DNA of 64,000 nucleotides. Origin: Vicugna vicugna. Lineage: Eukaryota. The position numbers were made by a program, and so were the translations under genes. Shown piece after piece: positions 51,915 to 64,000 of the stretch (the stretch's first letter is position 1; each line of letters opens with the position of its first letter). Where the stretch lies: assembly GCA_013265495.1 (NCBI GenBank), contig MU058065.1, forward strand, positions 4,748,976-4,812,975, written 5' to 3'. The notes under the pieces were generated by a model. It did no database searches, was not told where the DNA came from, and saw only the letters and a list, made by a program, of their open reading frames with translations.

Positions 51915-52145
51915 TAATAACTGTTAGAATGGCACAAACTATGTGGAAGGCACTGTTCTAAAGATTTGTATGCATCGACATATTTACCTCATAGCAATAA
52001 TCAGGTACTATTATTTTCTTCATGAGATGAGGAAACTGAAGCTCAGAGAGTTTAGGTAGATAATCAAGGTCACACACCTGGTAGGTCCTGGAGCTGCACT
52101 TTGGACTCAGTAGTCCTGCTCTGGAGTTCATGCTTTACACAACTG
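51915..52145 (-). mobile_element. MIR SINE
   Basis: 'aggcactgttctaaag...agatgaggaaactgaagctcagagagtttagg...caaggtcacacacctggtagg'. Confidence 0.8.
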
Positions 52146-55055
52146 TGTTTTTGCTGTCTTGAGCTGCAGGCTGGTATTTTATTTGTACCTTTTTCAGGAG
52201 GGCAAGAAGCAAAGAGAGTAGAAATGGACCCAGGCTCTTCTGTGGAGCCTGTCTCATTACACCTGGTGGTGAGCCGTCTTCATCCGCGAGTCAAGGCAGC
52301 CTGAATAGGATGAACCATGACTGCATGTGCTCTTCCATTTGCTTGAAACATTTCAGAGCAGCAGCCGAATTTCTTCAGCCCACTGACTGATAGCAAGCAT
52401 GCTGGTCCACTTCTAGAGCATGGTTACAAATGCCAGAAAATGTGAACATCAGGACCACCATTCCTGGCCTGAACTCACTGAATATTCCAGTGATGTCAAC
52501 TCTATGAACTCATGGCTTCCAAAGAGTCAATTTTAAACAGACACAGGAAAATATTGTATCAGATGCTCATGCCGACATGTTAAGAGATGCAATGTGTGTC
52601 TGAGTAATATTTACTTTTTTAAAAGTTAATTTTGGCAACAGGTTATTTTTTGCCCTTAAATATAAGGAATGTTACTATAAAGAGCAGATCTTTCAAACTC
52701 CCTAGAACTGTTTACCAAACATTATTGGTGACCATGCAGAGGGAAGGCAAAGACTGAACAAGGAATTGAAATAATTTTAACCTTCCCCCCATTATGTCAA
52801 GGTGTGTTTGTCCACCAAAAGAGGATCTGCTAAACAAAACAAAACAATCACCACCCAATATTCTACTTTGCTTAGCAAATGAGTCAGCTGACAGTAGGCA
52901 TTTTCAGTTCCAAAATAAAAAGACACAGCGGCAGAGCTGCGGATCATTGTTTTTGTTTCCATGTAATTTTACTTGCATGAAGCTCCCACTTAAATCTGAG
53001 TTAAGACTTTATAGAGAAATTCATATCAATTAAAGATACAACTGCGAACAAAATTCTGTCAAGAATAGTAACATACACATATTTGTCCACATTGCCTACT
53101 TTTGTTTAATATACAGATACTAAAAGGTAAAAAAGAAAAAAGAAAGAAAGATTAGTCTCACCTCCCTAAAAACATAACAGTTGATGTGAGCAGAAGAATA
53201 GGGGAGATTACTGAGGAAAAGAGAAAATCTAAACTCTAATAAGGAATTGAGCTGGAAGGGTAAGCAGTTACAGACAGGACTAGAAATTTTGGACTTGGTT
53301 GGCCAGGCAGGATGTAGGGGCTAAATTCCATGCATCAGGAATTTCTATATGGCAGTGAGGAAGGGGCACGCTGGAAAGAGATGAGACCCGCGGGCACTCA
53401 GCTGAAGTCTTTGTTGCAAGCAGATTGAAATAAGAGGGGTGAGAGTAGAGAGATCAGGGTTACAAATGATCCTTGGCACACTTGTTTGTGTGTAATAATA
53501 GTGAAAAAGAGTAAAGACAAGTATTATCCAAGGATGTTTATTCAGTTAAAGACATGGTTATACAGATGAGTTATGGGAACAAACGTACATGTATTTGTTA
53601 GACGTTTGGATACACATGTACCTGTATAGTGTGATAAATGTTTTCATTTCTGTAATACTCGCTTCGGGCTAATAGGATACTCCACTGAAGCACGTTTTAT
53701 AAATGTCAGAAGTGTCAAATGGTGATCTGAAGTTTATACACCGATTTTCAAAGTAAGCAAAACACAATGTTGACATCCATACGGGATATATCCAGTCTTC
53801 TCCCCAGGTCCCCTGCTGCTCTCACAGGTGAGCAACTGAGGAGAGGAATGTTACTTTCTCTCTGGTTTCTGGGAGATGGAGACGTGATGGGGCCAACACT
53901 TCAACAGCAAATTTCCACTTTATTTTCTGTGTCACTTTCATCTCTCCTGATGCTTATTTTCTACTCATGTCTCTTTTTATTTTGTAAACATCAGCTGTGT
54001 TAGGTTAATAGTCCTATGACAGTTCTGTGTTCACATATACAGTTGAAAGGAAATCAGGTCCTGGAAATCTTTAGTAAAAGTGCTTGTCTTTTAAAGACTC
54101 AAAACTGCCAGTAACACAGATCTGAGTTGGATCATGTTTTAGAAGAACTCGATTTCCTATAAAATCTTGGAATTCTGTCATCATAGGAAATGTGGAAGAG
54201 TTCAGTTTGTTTAAAAATTGTGCACAATTATTTTCCTCCATATCTTGCTCTAATCTGTGTATCAGTTGTAAATAGAAATTGCTGTTTTCCAGAACGTAAG
54301 CTATTAAAAAAAAAAATTTAGCTTGGCTCTCCTCCTTATTCTACACTTGAAGGAAGTCCAACCACCACAGTTACAGCACCCTCCATTGGCATCATAATCC
54401 CCCTGTTGGCAAGCGTTTTCCCATACGAAGTCTTTCTCTACATGGGATATGTATAGGAGTATATAGCTAATTTAATATTCAGCTGACATGTAATTTCTAT
54501 TAAGCATTATAATTTTTATAATAGAGAGACAGTCTAGGTAAAACTCACATTAAACCAAAACTTGCCAAAATTTGAAAAGTTTCTGCCTGGCAAGTGGAAT
54601 CTGTAATTTAAGGAAGGAGCCCATATGTTATATGGAAACGAGTGTGGATGAGACTTAGAAGGACGTGTTTGTATAATTTACCCAATCAGATAATACAGAT
54701 CCAGTCTTCACCGTTGGATGCCTCCATCTTCAGCTCTACATCAAAGGAAGCAGTTCAAATAGATGTTTTTAAGTGTCTTATTCAGCTCTAAATTTCTATG
54801 ATACCGGGCAGGAAAAAAAAATTATAATTTAATCCTCCTTTGAGGGATTAATGTTAGAGGTGAAAAAACATATCTAATGGTGGAATGTCTGTAACACTGA
54901 CAAGTATTATCCAGGGATGTTTTAAAATTTCCTCCATTTCTGAAAAAAATATAGTGTAAAGATTCTGTGTCTTAGAGTTTAAATTAGTTCTTCTTGAATG
55001 AAGAGAATGAATTAGATAAATGGCTTCTAGAATTTCAGAAACCAGTATATTGTTT

Positions 55056-55376
55056 AAAATAAAAAATGAACTCATCCACAAAACAGAAACAGACTCACAT
55101 ACATAGTAAACAATCTTATGGTTGCCAGGGAAAGGGAGTGGGAAGGGATAAATCTGGGAGTTCGAAATTTACAAATGTTAGCCGTCATATATAAAAATAG
55201 ATTTTAAAAAATGTTTCTTCTGTATAGCACAGGGAACTATATTCAATACCTTGTAATAACCTTTAATGAAAAAGAATATGAAAATGAATATATGTATGTA
55301 TATGTATGACTGGGACACTGTGCTGTACACCAGAAACTGACACACTGTAACTGACTGCAGTTCAATTTAAAAAAAA
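55056..55376 (+). mobile_element. Recent 5'-truncated L1 3' UTR (camelid-type)
   Basis: 'aatgaactcatccacaaaacagaaacagactcac...gggaagggataaatctgggagttcg...ctgtatagcacagggaactatattcaatacc...tgtgctgtacaccagaaactgacacactgtaactgactg' plus poly(A). No unambiguous TSD. Confidence 0.92.
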
Positions 55377-56105
55377 CTGAAGCACAAAGGATTACTTTTT
55401 TGATCAAGGACACAGGACACTAAAAAACAAAACCAACAATCAATAAAAATATCATGATAACAATTCCTTTAAAGAAAGAACATTTTAGCATAAAAATTAG
55501 GAAGCACATAATTGTAGGATAAAGAACAATAATTTATGCTGAATACTTTATGAAAGAACTCATTCATTTTCCTAATTTATTTCATTTGGCCATTAACTGT
55601 GAAAACATTATCTCGAACCAGCTCGGTTCAGAGGAGTGGCTTTTGAAAAACTGGTGGATGAGATGACCTCTCAGTTTCTGTCTCTTAATCCCATCATTTC
55701 CTTAAATCGGTTTAATTATCCTGCAAAAATAGATTCACAGCAGTGGCTTTTGCAATTTCTTCTTGATTTGAGCATTTTCTCTGTCCCTTAGTTTAAGTTT
55801 ATTCTATTTGACTGCACACTGTCATTGACTCATTCTGCAGTTAATCATTTAGCTATCTTTTGTTAAATACGTCTCATGATTCATGATTGGGAAACAGGCC
55901 GTGGCTGGCAGAACTATTTGTTATTGGTTTTTCTTTCTGCTGTAGATACTTATTTGAGTAAAACCTTTTCAGCCACGTTCATTCCTGCTGGTGTTCCTAC
56001 TTGCACCCTTTAACTTTCTGAATAAAGTACATTGGGATGACAAGGATAAGCCAGTTTGCCGTTGCTCTGCCATTTCTCTAAAGCTTAGGAGGAAAAAGAC
56101 ATAAT

Positions 56106-56211
56106 ATAAAATAAAATAAAATAAAATAAAATAAAATAAAATAAAATAAAATAAAATAAAATAATAAAATAAAATGAAGTAAAATAAAAATAAAACTAAA
56201 AAACCAAAAAA
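56106..56211. repeat. (ATAAA)n pentanucleotide microsatellite
   Basis: 11 perfect units at 56106-56160, then degenerate units. Confidence 0.95.
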
Positions 56212-56689
56212 CCCCTTGCTCCATTTGTGTGTTTTAGCATCCCATTAAAATTGTATAATGGCTACCACTACCCTCTGTGAATGACCTTGAGGGAACAACC
56301 ACTGTAGTCAGGTTTTTCTCGAAGTTGAATCACTATTCTTTGCTGATGAATTGGTGAGGTCTTATCCCATGATTGACAAGTTTGTTAGGATTGCCTGGCA
56401 AAGGCTACCAGGAATCTGTCTCTGTCAGGAATCTGAGACCAGTTGCATACTATTGATTACACATGCTACTTGCAGACTCAGATGTGTTAGCTCTTTCGAG
56501 CCCTAAGATTTGGGTTGAGTATTTGGGAAGATAAGACTTAGACACTGAAGATTTCCTTCCCATCACCCCAAAACAGAAAAGAAAGAGAAGTGGATTCTGT
56601 TGTACACCAAAAGGATTCCTGATTATATATGACAAAATACAGAGCCATATTAGAAGCAGGCCCCAAGTGACTCTAAATAGAGAACTATT

Positions 56690-57040
56690 TTGTGCTCACA
56701 GAGAGTCCATCCCTCAGTGGGAACTGGGGACAGAGGGATCCAGGCTGACCAAACTTTCAACACGTGGTTCCAGAAGATACCCTGGGAGATAGCATCCGGC
56801 TGGGGTGGAAGAAGAGAGTGTGGGGATTGTACACGTGGTTTTGTTTAACATGGCCAGGCTTATAAATGGTGGTCATCAATTTTGCCCGTATTTCATTGAC
56901 CAGAACTCAGTCACTAAACCTTAGTTAAATGCTAGAGTAGAGACTTGGACATGCAGACTCTGGTAGGACAGCCATGTCCTAGCAGCAGCTCTTGACAAGG
57001 AAGGGGAGATATCCAGGGCAGCTGGCTGTTTTTACCACAG
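56690..57040 (-). mobile_element. MLT1K/L-like LTR
   Basis: 'gatccaggctgacc...catcaattttgcccgtatttcattgaccagaactcagtcac...ggacagccatgtcctagcagcagctct'. Confidence 0.65.
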
Positions 57041-57939
57041 GGAGTGTGCAGAAACACTTGCCAGCAGCAAAAAAAAATAAAAAAGTAAAGCTGGAAAAGA
57101 ACCAATTAAGAAGTTTGCCAGAATATTTGACACATAGAATTGTGTACATTCCAGAAGAAAATCTTAAGGGACCAAGAAATTATATAAATGGTAATATTCA
57201 TTGACCAAATATTCCAATTTCCTCAAATATTCATTGCTTATTCACATTCACAAGAAAAGAAAGTGGAAATATAAAATATCATGCATCCAATTTTTCTAGA
57301 CTTACATTCTTAAGGGAGTGATTTTTTAATATCCAGTTTTCCTATCCTCTATGCCCCTCTGTGCCTTTTTAATCTTAACACTTTCTCCTAAATTTGTAAA
57401 GTCCTAAACTAAATATCCCTGTGCACATTCATGTATAAGCCTGAACGTGGTGTCCCTACACTTAGATGCCCAGCAGTGATCTGAGGAAAACTAGCCAAGA
57501 GCAAGGACCACACTTCTCCATCATTCACCCTGGCTCTCCTTCATTGATGGGCACTCCATTGACCCCTTTGTGATCCTTCCATGCCCTAGCCCTTCACATA
57601 ACCTTCTTATATTGTCCATTCACGTTCAAAGTAACTTACTGCTAATAGAGGAGTTACACTTTCACAAGTGATTCTTAATTTTAATTGGGTTTAAAACCCT
57701 TAACATAAGGGGTGGAGACTATCTCAGGCAGAACTGCAAGGTGGAAGCTAAAGAATGACTCAGAGTTACAACCTAGAGTCCACAGCTCTGACCACCTTGA
57801 CTTTGATGACAATGGCACACGTGGGGCTTACTTTCTATCGATCTTTATTTTTTAAATTAAATTATGTTATGTCTCCAACTCTGAGTCTGTTATTTAGATA
57901 AGAACAACTACATATCTGAATTTGTCTTGCTATAGCTAT

Positions 57940-58750
57940 GAAGTGGTTAGAACAATTGGAATTCTCATATATTACTGGTGGGATACAAAATGATACAGGC
58001 ACTTTGAAATATAGTGTAGCATTACTTACAAAACTAACCATACTCCTATCATATGAGCCAGAAATCACACTCCTTGATATTTATCAAAAGTAACTGAAAA
58101 CATGTTCACACAGAAATTTACACAAGGATGTTTATAAGCAGTTTTATTTATAATTGTCAAAATTTGAAAGTAACCAAGATGCCCTTCAGTAGGTGAATGA
58201 ACAAATAAACTGTTACCTCCAGACAATAGAATATTACTCTGCATCAAAAGACATGGAAGAAACTTAAATGAATATTACTAAATAAAAGAAGCTAATGAGA
58301 AAAGCCTACGTACGATATGATTCCAATTATACGATATTATGGAAAAGGCAAAGCTATAGAGACTTGTAAAAGATTGGTGGTTGCCAGAGGTTCAGAGGTG
58401 GGCAGAAATGAATAGGCAGAACATAGAGGCTTTTTAGGGCAGTAAAAATACTCTGTATGGTATTATAATTATAGATATATGCCATTATACATTTGTCCAA
58501 ACCCACAGAATGCACAACACCAAGAATGAATCCCAAGATAAACTACCGTCTTTGGGTGGTTATGATGTGTCAATGTGGGTTTATCCTTGGTAAAAAAAAA
58601 TAGTATCATGTTGTTGAGTGATGTTCATAATGAAGGAGGTTACACATGTAGAGGGGCAAGGAATATATGGTAAATCTCTGTCTTTCCTCTTAATTTTGTT
58701 TAAACCTGAAAGAGCTCTAAAAAATGAACTCTTAAAAACAAAAACAATAA
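57940..58750 (+). mobile_element. L1MC1-like L1 3' end
   Basis: 'aaccaagatgcccttcagtaggtgaatg', 'tggaaaaggcaaagctatagagac', 'ccattatacatttgtccaaacccacagaatgcacaacaccaaga' and 'taaacctgaaagagctctaaaaaat'. Confidence 0.9.
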
Positions 58751-61700
58751 CAGAGGCAGAAGGGCTAGGAGACAGCAATCCATAGGGAAGAGATTTTGAA
58801 GGGGAGAACTGGCAGTGCTCCCAGCTCCCATCACCATTTGACCCCTATTCCTCCCTCAGTAATAAAGATATCTGCAGATCTTAGAAGAAAACCTCCATAA
58901 AAGACTTAAAGGGGTTCAGACACAAAAGGTATGTGTGTGGGAGGGGTTATTGAGTGGGGGTGAAGTGTAACTACGTGAAGATTCAAGATAATAGTAATTG
59001 AATATTTTAGACTCTGCACATTTGTCTCTTTAATATGCAAACTGAGAAAGTCATAAAAGGTTAAAGCTTCTCTAGGGCTGGAATTGTATGCTATCATTTG
59101 ATCTATATGTTGAAACAACGTATGGTATCCATACTGGATACTCAGTGAATGTTTAATTGATGAAAAATAAATTCAACCTTGTATCCCTCACCCCTCTTCC
59201 AACACAAACATGTTGAAATAGTAGGTGTTTATTATATATTTCATTGACTTTTTAATCAACCTTTTATGTATATTGCCCTTTCTGTTCCCCCCATGACCTT
59301 ACTATTTGAAACAACTCAGCATTTCAGAGAGTAATCAATAGTGACAGAATTTGGACCATCCTAATAAGCAAAATAGGGAACATATTTCATTTGGTATCTA
59401 TATTATCTAATAGGAGAATCTTTTCCAATTTATTTGTGCATCCGACTCTGCAAATAGTTCTAAGATGATTTAATAAAATCAGGACTCAGGACTGTCTCTA
59501 TCCTGAGAGCAGTCCAGCTCTGGGTCTCTGGTGGCCCCTATTTAAGGATTCTGGAACTAACTTACCTTTGTCTGTTTCAAGAGATATGGATTACTCCCCA
59601 GCTTCCATCCTGTCCTGACCTCGATGTCCAGCTGTCTTCTCAATGTCTTCCTCTTCTGATGTCCCCTGTGTAAAGGGAAGTGCTCTCTTTCTTGCAGTAT
59701 TTTCTAGCTTCCTGTTTATTTATATTCACAATCACGATGAATTTCAAGTAGAATAAGCTGCAGCATATTTTTGGTGCTTGGGGTCAAGGTGAAGAGTAGA
59801 GTAAATGCAAAATGTTAATTAGATGACCTTTCAGAAAGCTTGATGGAGTTTACCATAAATTCTCGATGATTTTCACTTTGGTTGAAGATCAGTCAGCCCT
59901 TTGTTTAGTAACCTGAACAGACATAAAACTTCATTCTTGCCACCTCATGATTTTTTTTAGCCATTAGCTGTGGTCTGATTATTGGACTTATTTGACATTA
60001 TTCCTTGTCTTGATATTTCCATTGATTTTTTTCAAAGAAACCAGAAACTCTTTCCATATTTTCATTACAATAGGCCTGAAGAATAAGAGCATACTTCTGA
60101 GAAATATCAATATTCACAGAATGTTCTGGTAGAGCACTGCTATCTCATTTTTTATTTCTATAGATTTAAAATAAGGGAGTCAAAGTAACAGAGCAATATT
60201 GAATTTAGGGAGATTTGTGGTATTTTAAAAAACCAAGCTGATAATCAAAGAAGAAACATTTTTGACCCGAGGAAGAATATTCACCAGTGGGTAGCCAGTG
60301 GGTAGAGATAAATTATTTCAAAAACATATACCAACATTACCCATCACATAAATACATGACACAATACAATCTGATGGAGTCCCTGCTATTACACTGCTGA
60401 TATAGGACAGGACAATTACCATACATTTGGAAAGTGTTTTGGGACAAGACAGAAATCACAATTTTTATGTATTGTATCAAATTATAATGAACACTACATT
60501 GAGCTCAAAGAAGAAATAGATTATCAAGTGCATACATAGAAGGGAAGAAACAGAGCTCAGCCCTTGGCCTTAGCAAATGGTGAGCATTTGGGAACCGACT
60601 ATGCATTTAACACTCAAAGAAACAAGTGGAAAGAGCTGTTTTGTACACACCAGTCAGTTTCTCTGGGTCCTTGAAAATCCTTTAACTCAGTAGCCCTTGG
60701 ATGGAGACAGAAGGCGCTCTGGGAAATCTGACTTGCTAGATTCTGAAAATGGCTGCCCTCACTATTGAGTTTTGCTGGATGATTCTGCCCAGTCTTGCCA
60801 ACTGATAAGTTAGTATGCAGCAATTTGGAGTTGAAGAGTAATAAAACTTATTTCTTTGTGATACCTTCCTTCCCCAATCCTTCAATATTGAGTATGACAT
60901 AAAATTTTTCCAAACATATTATTTTCTAAGAACTTTTTAACAAAAGGTCACTCTTTCTACCTTAAAATGTATATCATTTTTCTCCAAGCTCTCACCTTTT
61001 TTGTCCCCCATCCTATTGGCCTCTCTCTATTGGATTTGCAGTCTCTAACAGTTGCTTCTCCAAAATCTCAGGTATAGATCCATAGCGGCTACCCAGAAAA
61101 AATGGTGGCTGATAGTTCTCAACAATGAATAGGTAGAAAACACATGCTTCACAGGTGGACACACACACATACACAAGCTCTAGAACTTCTTCACATGTCA
61201 GTTAACATATTCATTAGAGTAAAATATAAGTGTATCATCTGTTTTATCCCTATTCCTCTTTGTCCATTAATTTCTGACACTTTTATTAAACCTTCAGAAA
61301 ATGAAGGTACTTTTATCTGTATCTGTACCTGTATCAATACAGAGACAATGCAATCTTGTAAAAATAAATCTACTGCCTATTCTAATATTTTGGTCAATTA
61401 AGGAATGTTTCTTTACTCTTTGGGAGTGATCACGATCACTACAACTTTGACCATGAATTCAGTGTAGAGTTTGACAGCTGAGGATTTGTGTGTTCCTTAG
61501 ACTGCACATCTTGGCAATGGGAAGTAGCCAGCCTGGAAGACCCACAAGCTACTCACTTTTCTCCCGTTTGCATGGTCTTAAAGTGATCTCTTGTTTAGAC
61601 CAAATTTATAAGCTATCACATATTTGGATGCTAAATAATTGGGGATAGAAGAGGGACAGATGGAAAAGAAGATGTGAGGGTGAAGAAAGAGGGGGAAAAA

Positions 61701-62782
61701 GAAGACTTAGAGAGAAACAAATTATCACCACTCTGTCCTCAGAATGATATACAATAGTGCATTTTTTAACTCAAATAGGGAGAATTGATTGGAACAACAA
61801 AGGGAAAACAAATAACTGAAGAAAAGAGTGACTTTCCAAATGTGTAAGTTACCTAACAGAATGCTGTATTTTTATCCTTTCTATCAAGGATCACAGATGT
61901 GTAGTATCTGGCTGGAATAACATAGGGGATTCATTTGGTGAAATCATTTTCTCTCCCTCTTAAAAAGTCTATAGTAATTCCATATTTCATCTGAAAGCTT
62001 AGCTGCCTATTGATTTCAAGACTAGCTTCGAGGGAAGCCCTCTGTATGATCTGAGGGCTGATGAAGAATCCATATGTCATGACAGTTCAGATACCAGGGG
62101 GAGAAAGAAAAGGAAAGAGGCTGACTGTAATTCATCCTCTACTATAATTATCAGTGAGTTTACAGTTAGCACACCAGACCAAATGACATAATTTGTAAAC
62201 CCAGTGAGTTATGGTTCTGATCTCAGGCCCTGGGGCCAACCCAGTTTGTATTACAAGTTGACATTTCCAAATCCTTTAGAATCTAGCCTTTGATTGCCCC
62301 ATAGAGGTAAAAAAAAAAAATTACAAACCTTTTGAAATTCATTGATTGACCACACTGAGATAAACACACAACTTTCTGAAACAGAGGAAACTGTTTATTC
62401 AAAGGCACTTTATTATTTTCACTAAAGAAAAATGGAAAACTTTAAAAAAAAGGTAAAAGCATTTAAGAAGAACACAAGGTATTGATTGAGGCTTGCTTTG
62501 ACTTGTTAGGCATGCATCAGAGTCCTAGCTTTCAAATCCTTCTCCTCACATCCTGGGAGACTGCACTGGCCCAAATGGGACCCACAGGCCTGTGATTCTG
62601 CCCAGAAGGGGAACACACCCTTCTCTACACTATGATTCTGTGTTATGGCTACATGGTAAAATGGAACCCAAACCCAGGCAAGGAAATCTTGTCCTCAAAG
62701 GGCCATGGCTAGAGTAAATGTGGGGAAAGGGTTTTGCTAAATCTGGGAAAATACATTGCAAAACTCAACAGCTTGGCTACAT

Positions 62783-62965
62783 TAGTATTCATCTAAGGTA
62801 ATACAGGTACCACCTAAGAGCTTGCTAAAATGTGGATTTCCAGTCCAAGCCCTGAGATTCTGATTCAGTGGAATCTGGATGAGGCCCAAGTATCCACATT
62901 TATTATAAGCTTTGACAGTGATTCTGATGCTGGTGATTCATGAGTCACACTCTGAAAAATACTTG
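62783..62965. mobile_element. MER5A-like MITE
   Basis: 'cacctaagagcttgctaaaatgtggattt...gagattctgattcagtggaatctggatgaggcccaag...gtgattctgatgctggt'. Confidence 0.8.
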
Positions 62966-63341
62966 AAAAGACCATTTTGCTATGCACCATTCAAAAATGA
63001 ACATTATGAAAGTTTCTAAAGGGAGATTTCATTTAATCATGTATTTTTTTCATCACCACCTAGGAGCCTACTCATATGAATGTTAGAGAAAAGATTTGCT
63101 CAAATAATGGGACATTGTTATTTTCTTAAAATAAATGTTAGAATATTTTATAATATTCAGAAATTCTTAGGCTAACCAAGAGAACAAAAATTAGTATAGT
63201 TAAGAAATATGTCAGTATTAATTTAATAAAGATTGCCAGCCTGATTTTTTCTTGTAAAACAGTAAGTTATGCTTGCTTAGACGTGGATTCTTTTTAGGTT
63301 CTGAATCAAGGTTTTTTTCCTTTTTTAATTGTTTTGCACAG

Positions 63342-63368
63342 AGGGGAATTTTATATATTAAATAGCAG
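63342..63368 (+). other. Candidate 27-nt microexon (unverified)
   Basis: 'gtttttttccttttttaattgttttgcacag|AGGGGAATTTTATATATTAAATAGCAG|gtgagt': long pyrimidine tract, consensus donor and frame-preserving length. No host gene identified. Confidence 0.25.
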
Positions 63369-63483
63369 GTGAGTAAGTCCATTCTCTACTAACCTATTTC
63401 TGTACATGGGCATGAGTGCATATGTATACTTAGGTTTGTGGCTAATGCATGACTGATATTAACATTTGTAAGTCTTAATACTG

Positions 63484-63586
63484 AAGAAGGAGGAGAGCAA
63501 GAAGACAAAGGAAGAGAAGGAGGAGGAAGAGGAAAAGGTGAGTGAGAAGGTGGAGGAGGGAGAAGAGGGGAAGGAGGAGGAGGAAA
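63484..63586. repeat. GA-rich low-complexity tract
   Basis: Nearly pure purine GAG/GAA repeats. Confidence 0.9.
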
Positions 63587-63634
63587 TGTGTACCCAAAAA
63601 TCTCCCCCTACTTAAATTTATCTTCCAGTTTTTT

Positions 63635-64000
63635 AGTGCTCAGACTCAAGCATGGCACCCAATGATCTCTGCCTCTTGATATTCGTGTCCTCATGTAGTT
63701 TTGTCCCATGTTGTTTCAAGGTTGGTCTGGGTAACCAATAGAACATGGCAGAAGTGATGAGATGGTACTTCTGAGGTTAAGTCATAAAAGAGGCTGTGGC
63801 TTCTGCTTCGCTCTACCTGAGAGAGATGGGGGAAGACAGCTGCAATGCCTTAAGGACACTTAGGCTGTCCTATGGAGAAGCCCATGTAGCAAGAAATGTA
63901 GGTCTCCAAACAACTTCCATGTGAATTCATCTTCTAAGGAGTGGGTGACCAGACCCAGTCAACCCCACTGAGCTGCTTCCAGTTCCCTGACCCTTCGAAA
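63635..64000 (+). mobile_element. MLT1F-like LTR, running off the window end
   Basis: 'atggcacccaatgatctctgcctcttgatattc...ccaatagaacatggcagaagtgatg...gtcataaaagaggctgtggcttctgc...tatggagaagcccatgt'. Confidence 0.85.

Noticed and set aside
52198..52268. 71-nt + strand exon-like segment
   Set aside because: Not frame-preserving, no known peptide, and no additional supporting signals.
55612..55634. Short hairpin ctcgaacc-agctc-ggttcagag
   Set aside because: Stem too short for a pre-miRNA or structured RNA, and expected by chance.
56106..56211. (ATAAA)n as the tail of a retrocopy or as a poly(A) signal array
   Set aside because: No recognisable retroposon body or TSD upstream. Treated as a simple microsatellite.

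Overview
This is AT-rich, CpG-depleted eutherian genomic DNA that reads as intergenic or deep-intronic. I found no credible protein-coding gene, RNA gene or CRISPR array. The supplied ORFs are short and either fall inside decayed repeats or look like chance ORFs. The window is mostly a mosaic of ancient eutherian repeats (L1M, L2, MIR, MLT1, hAT and Tigger MITEs), several ERV1-type solo LTRs, and four recent 5'-truncated L1 3' ends. Those L1 ends resemble, from memory, camelid (alpaca/camel) L1s. I saw no Alu, B1/B2, Bov-tA, PRE-1 or Can-SINE copies, so a camelid source is my inference. Repeat family names come from recalled consensus sequences, and boundaries are approximate unless a TSD is given. 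The most notable items are: (i) a 27-nt microexon-like cassette at 63342-63368; (ii) a TSD-bounded L1 that keeps both ends but lacks ORF1 and most of ORF2 (8952-11046); (iii) a homeobox-motif-dense candidate enhancer at about 5330-5815; (iv) a near-perfect CNC-sMAF site at 47078-47094; (v) a 72-bp tandem duplication at 28330-28473. I cannot support a claim of a novel biological system from this sequence.
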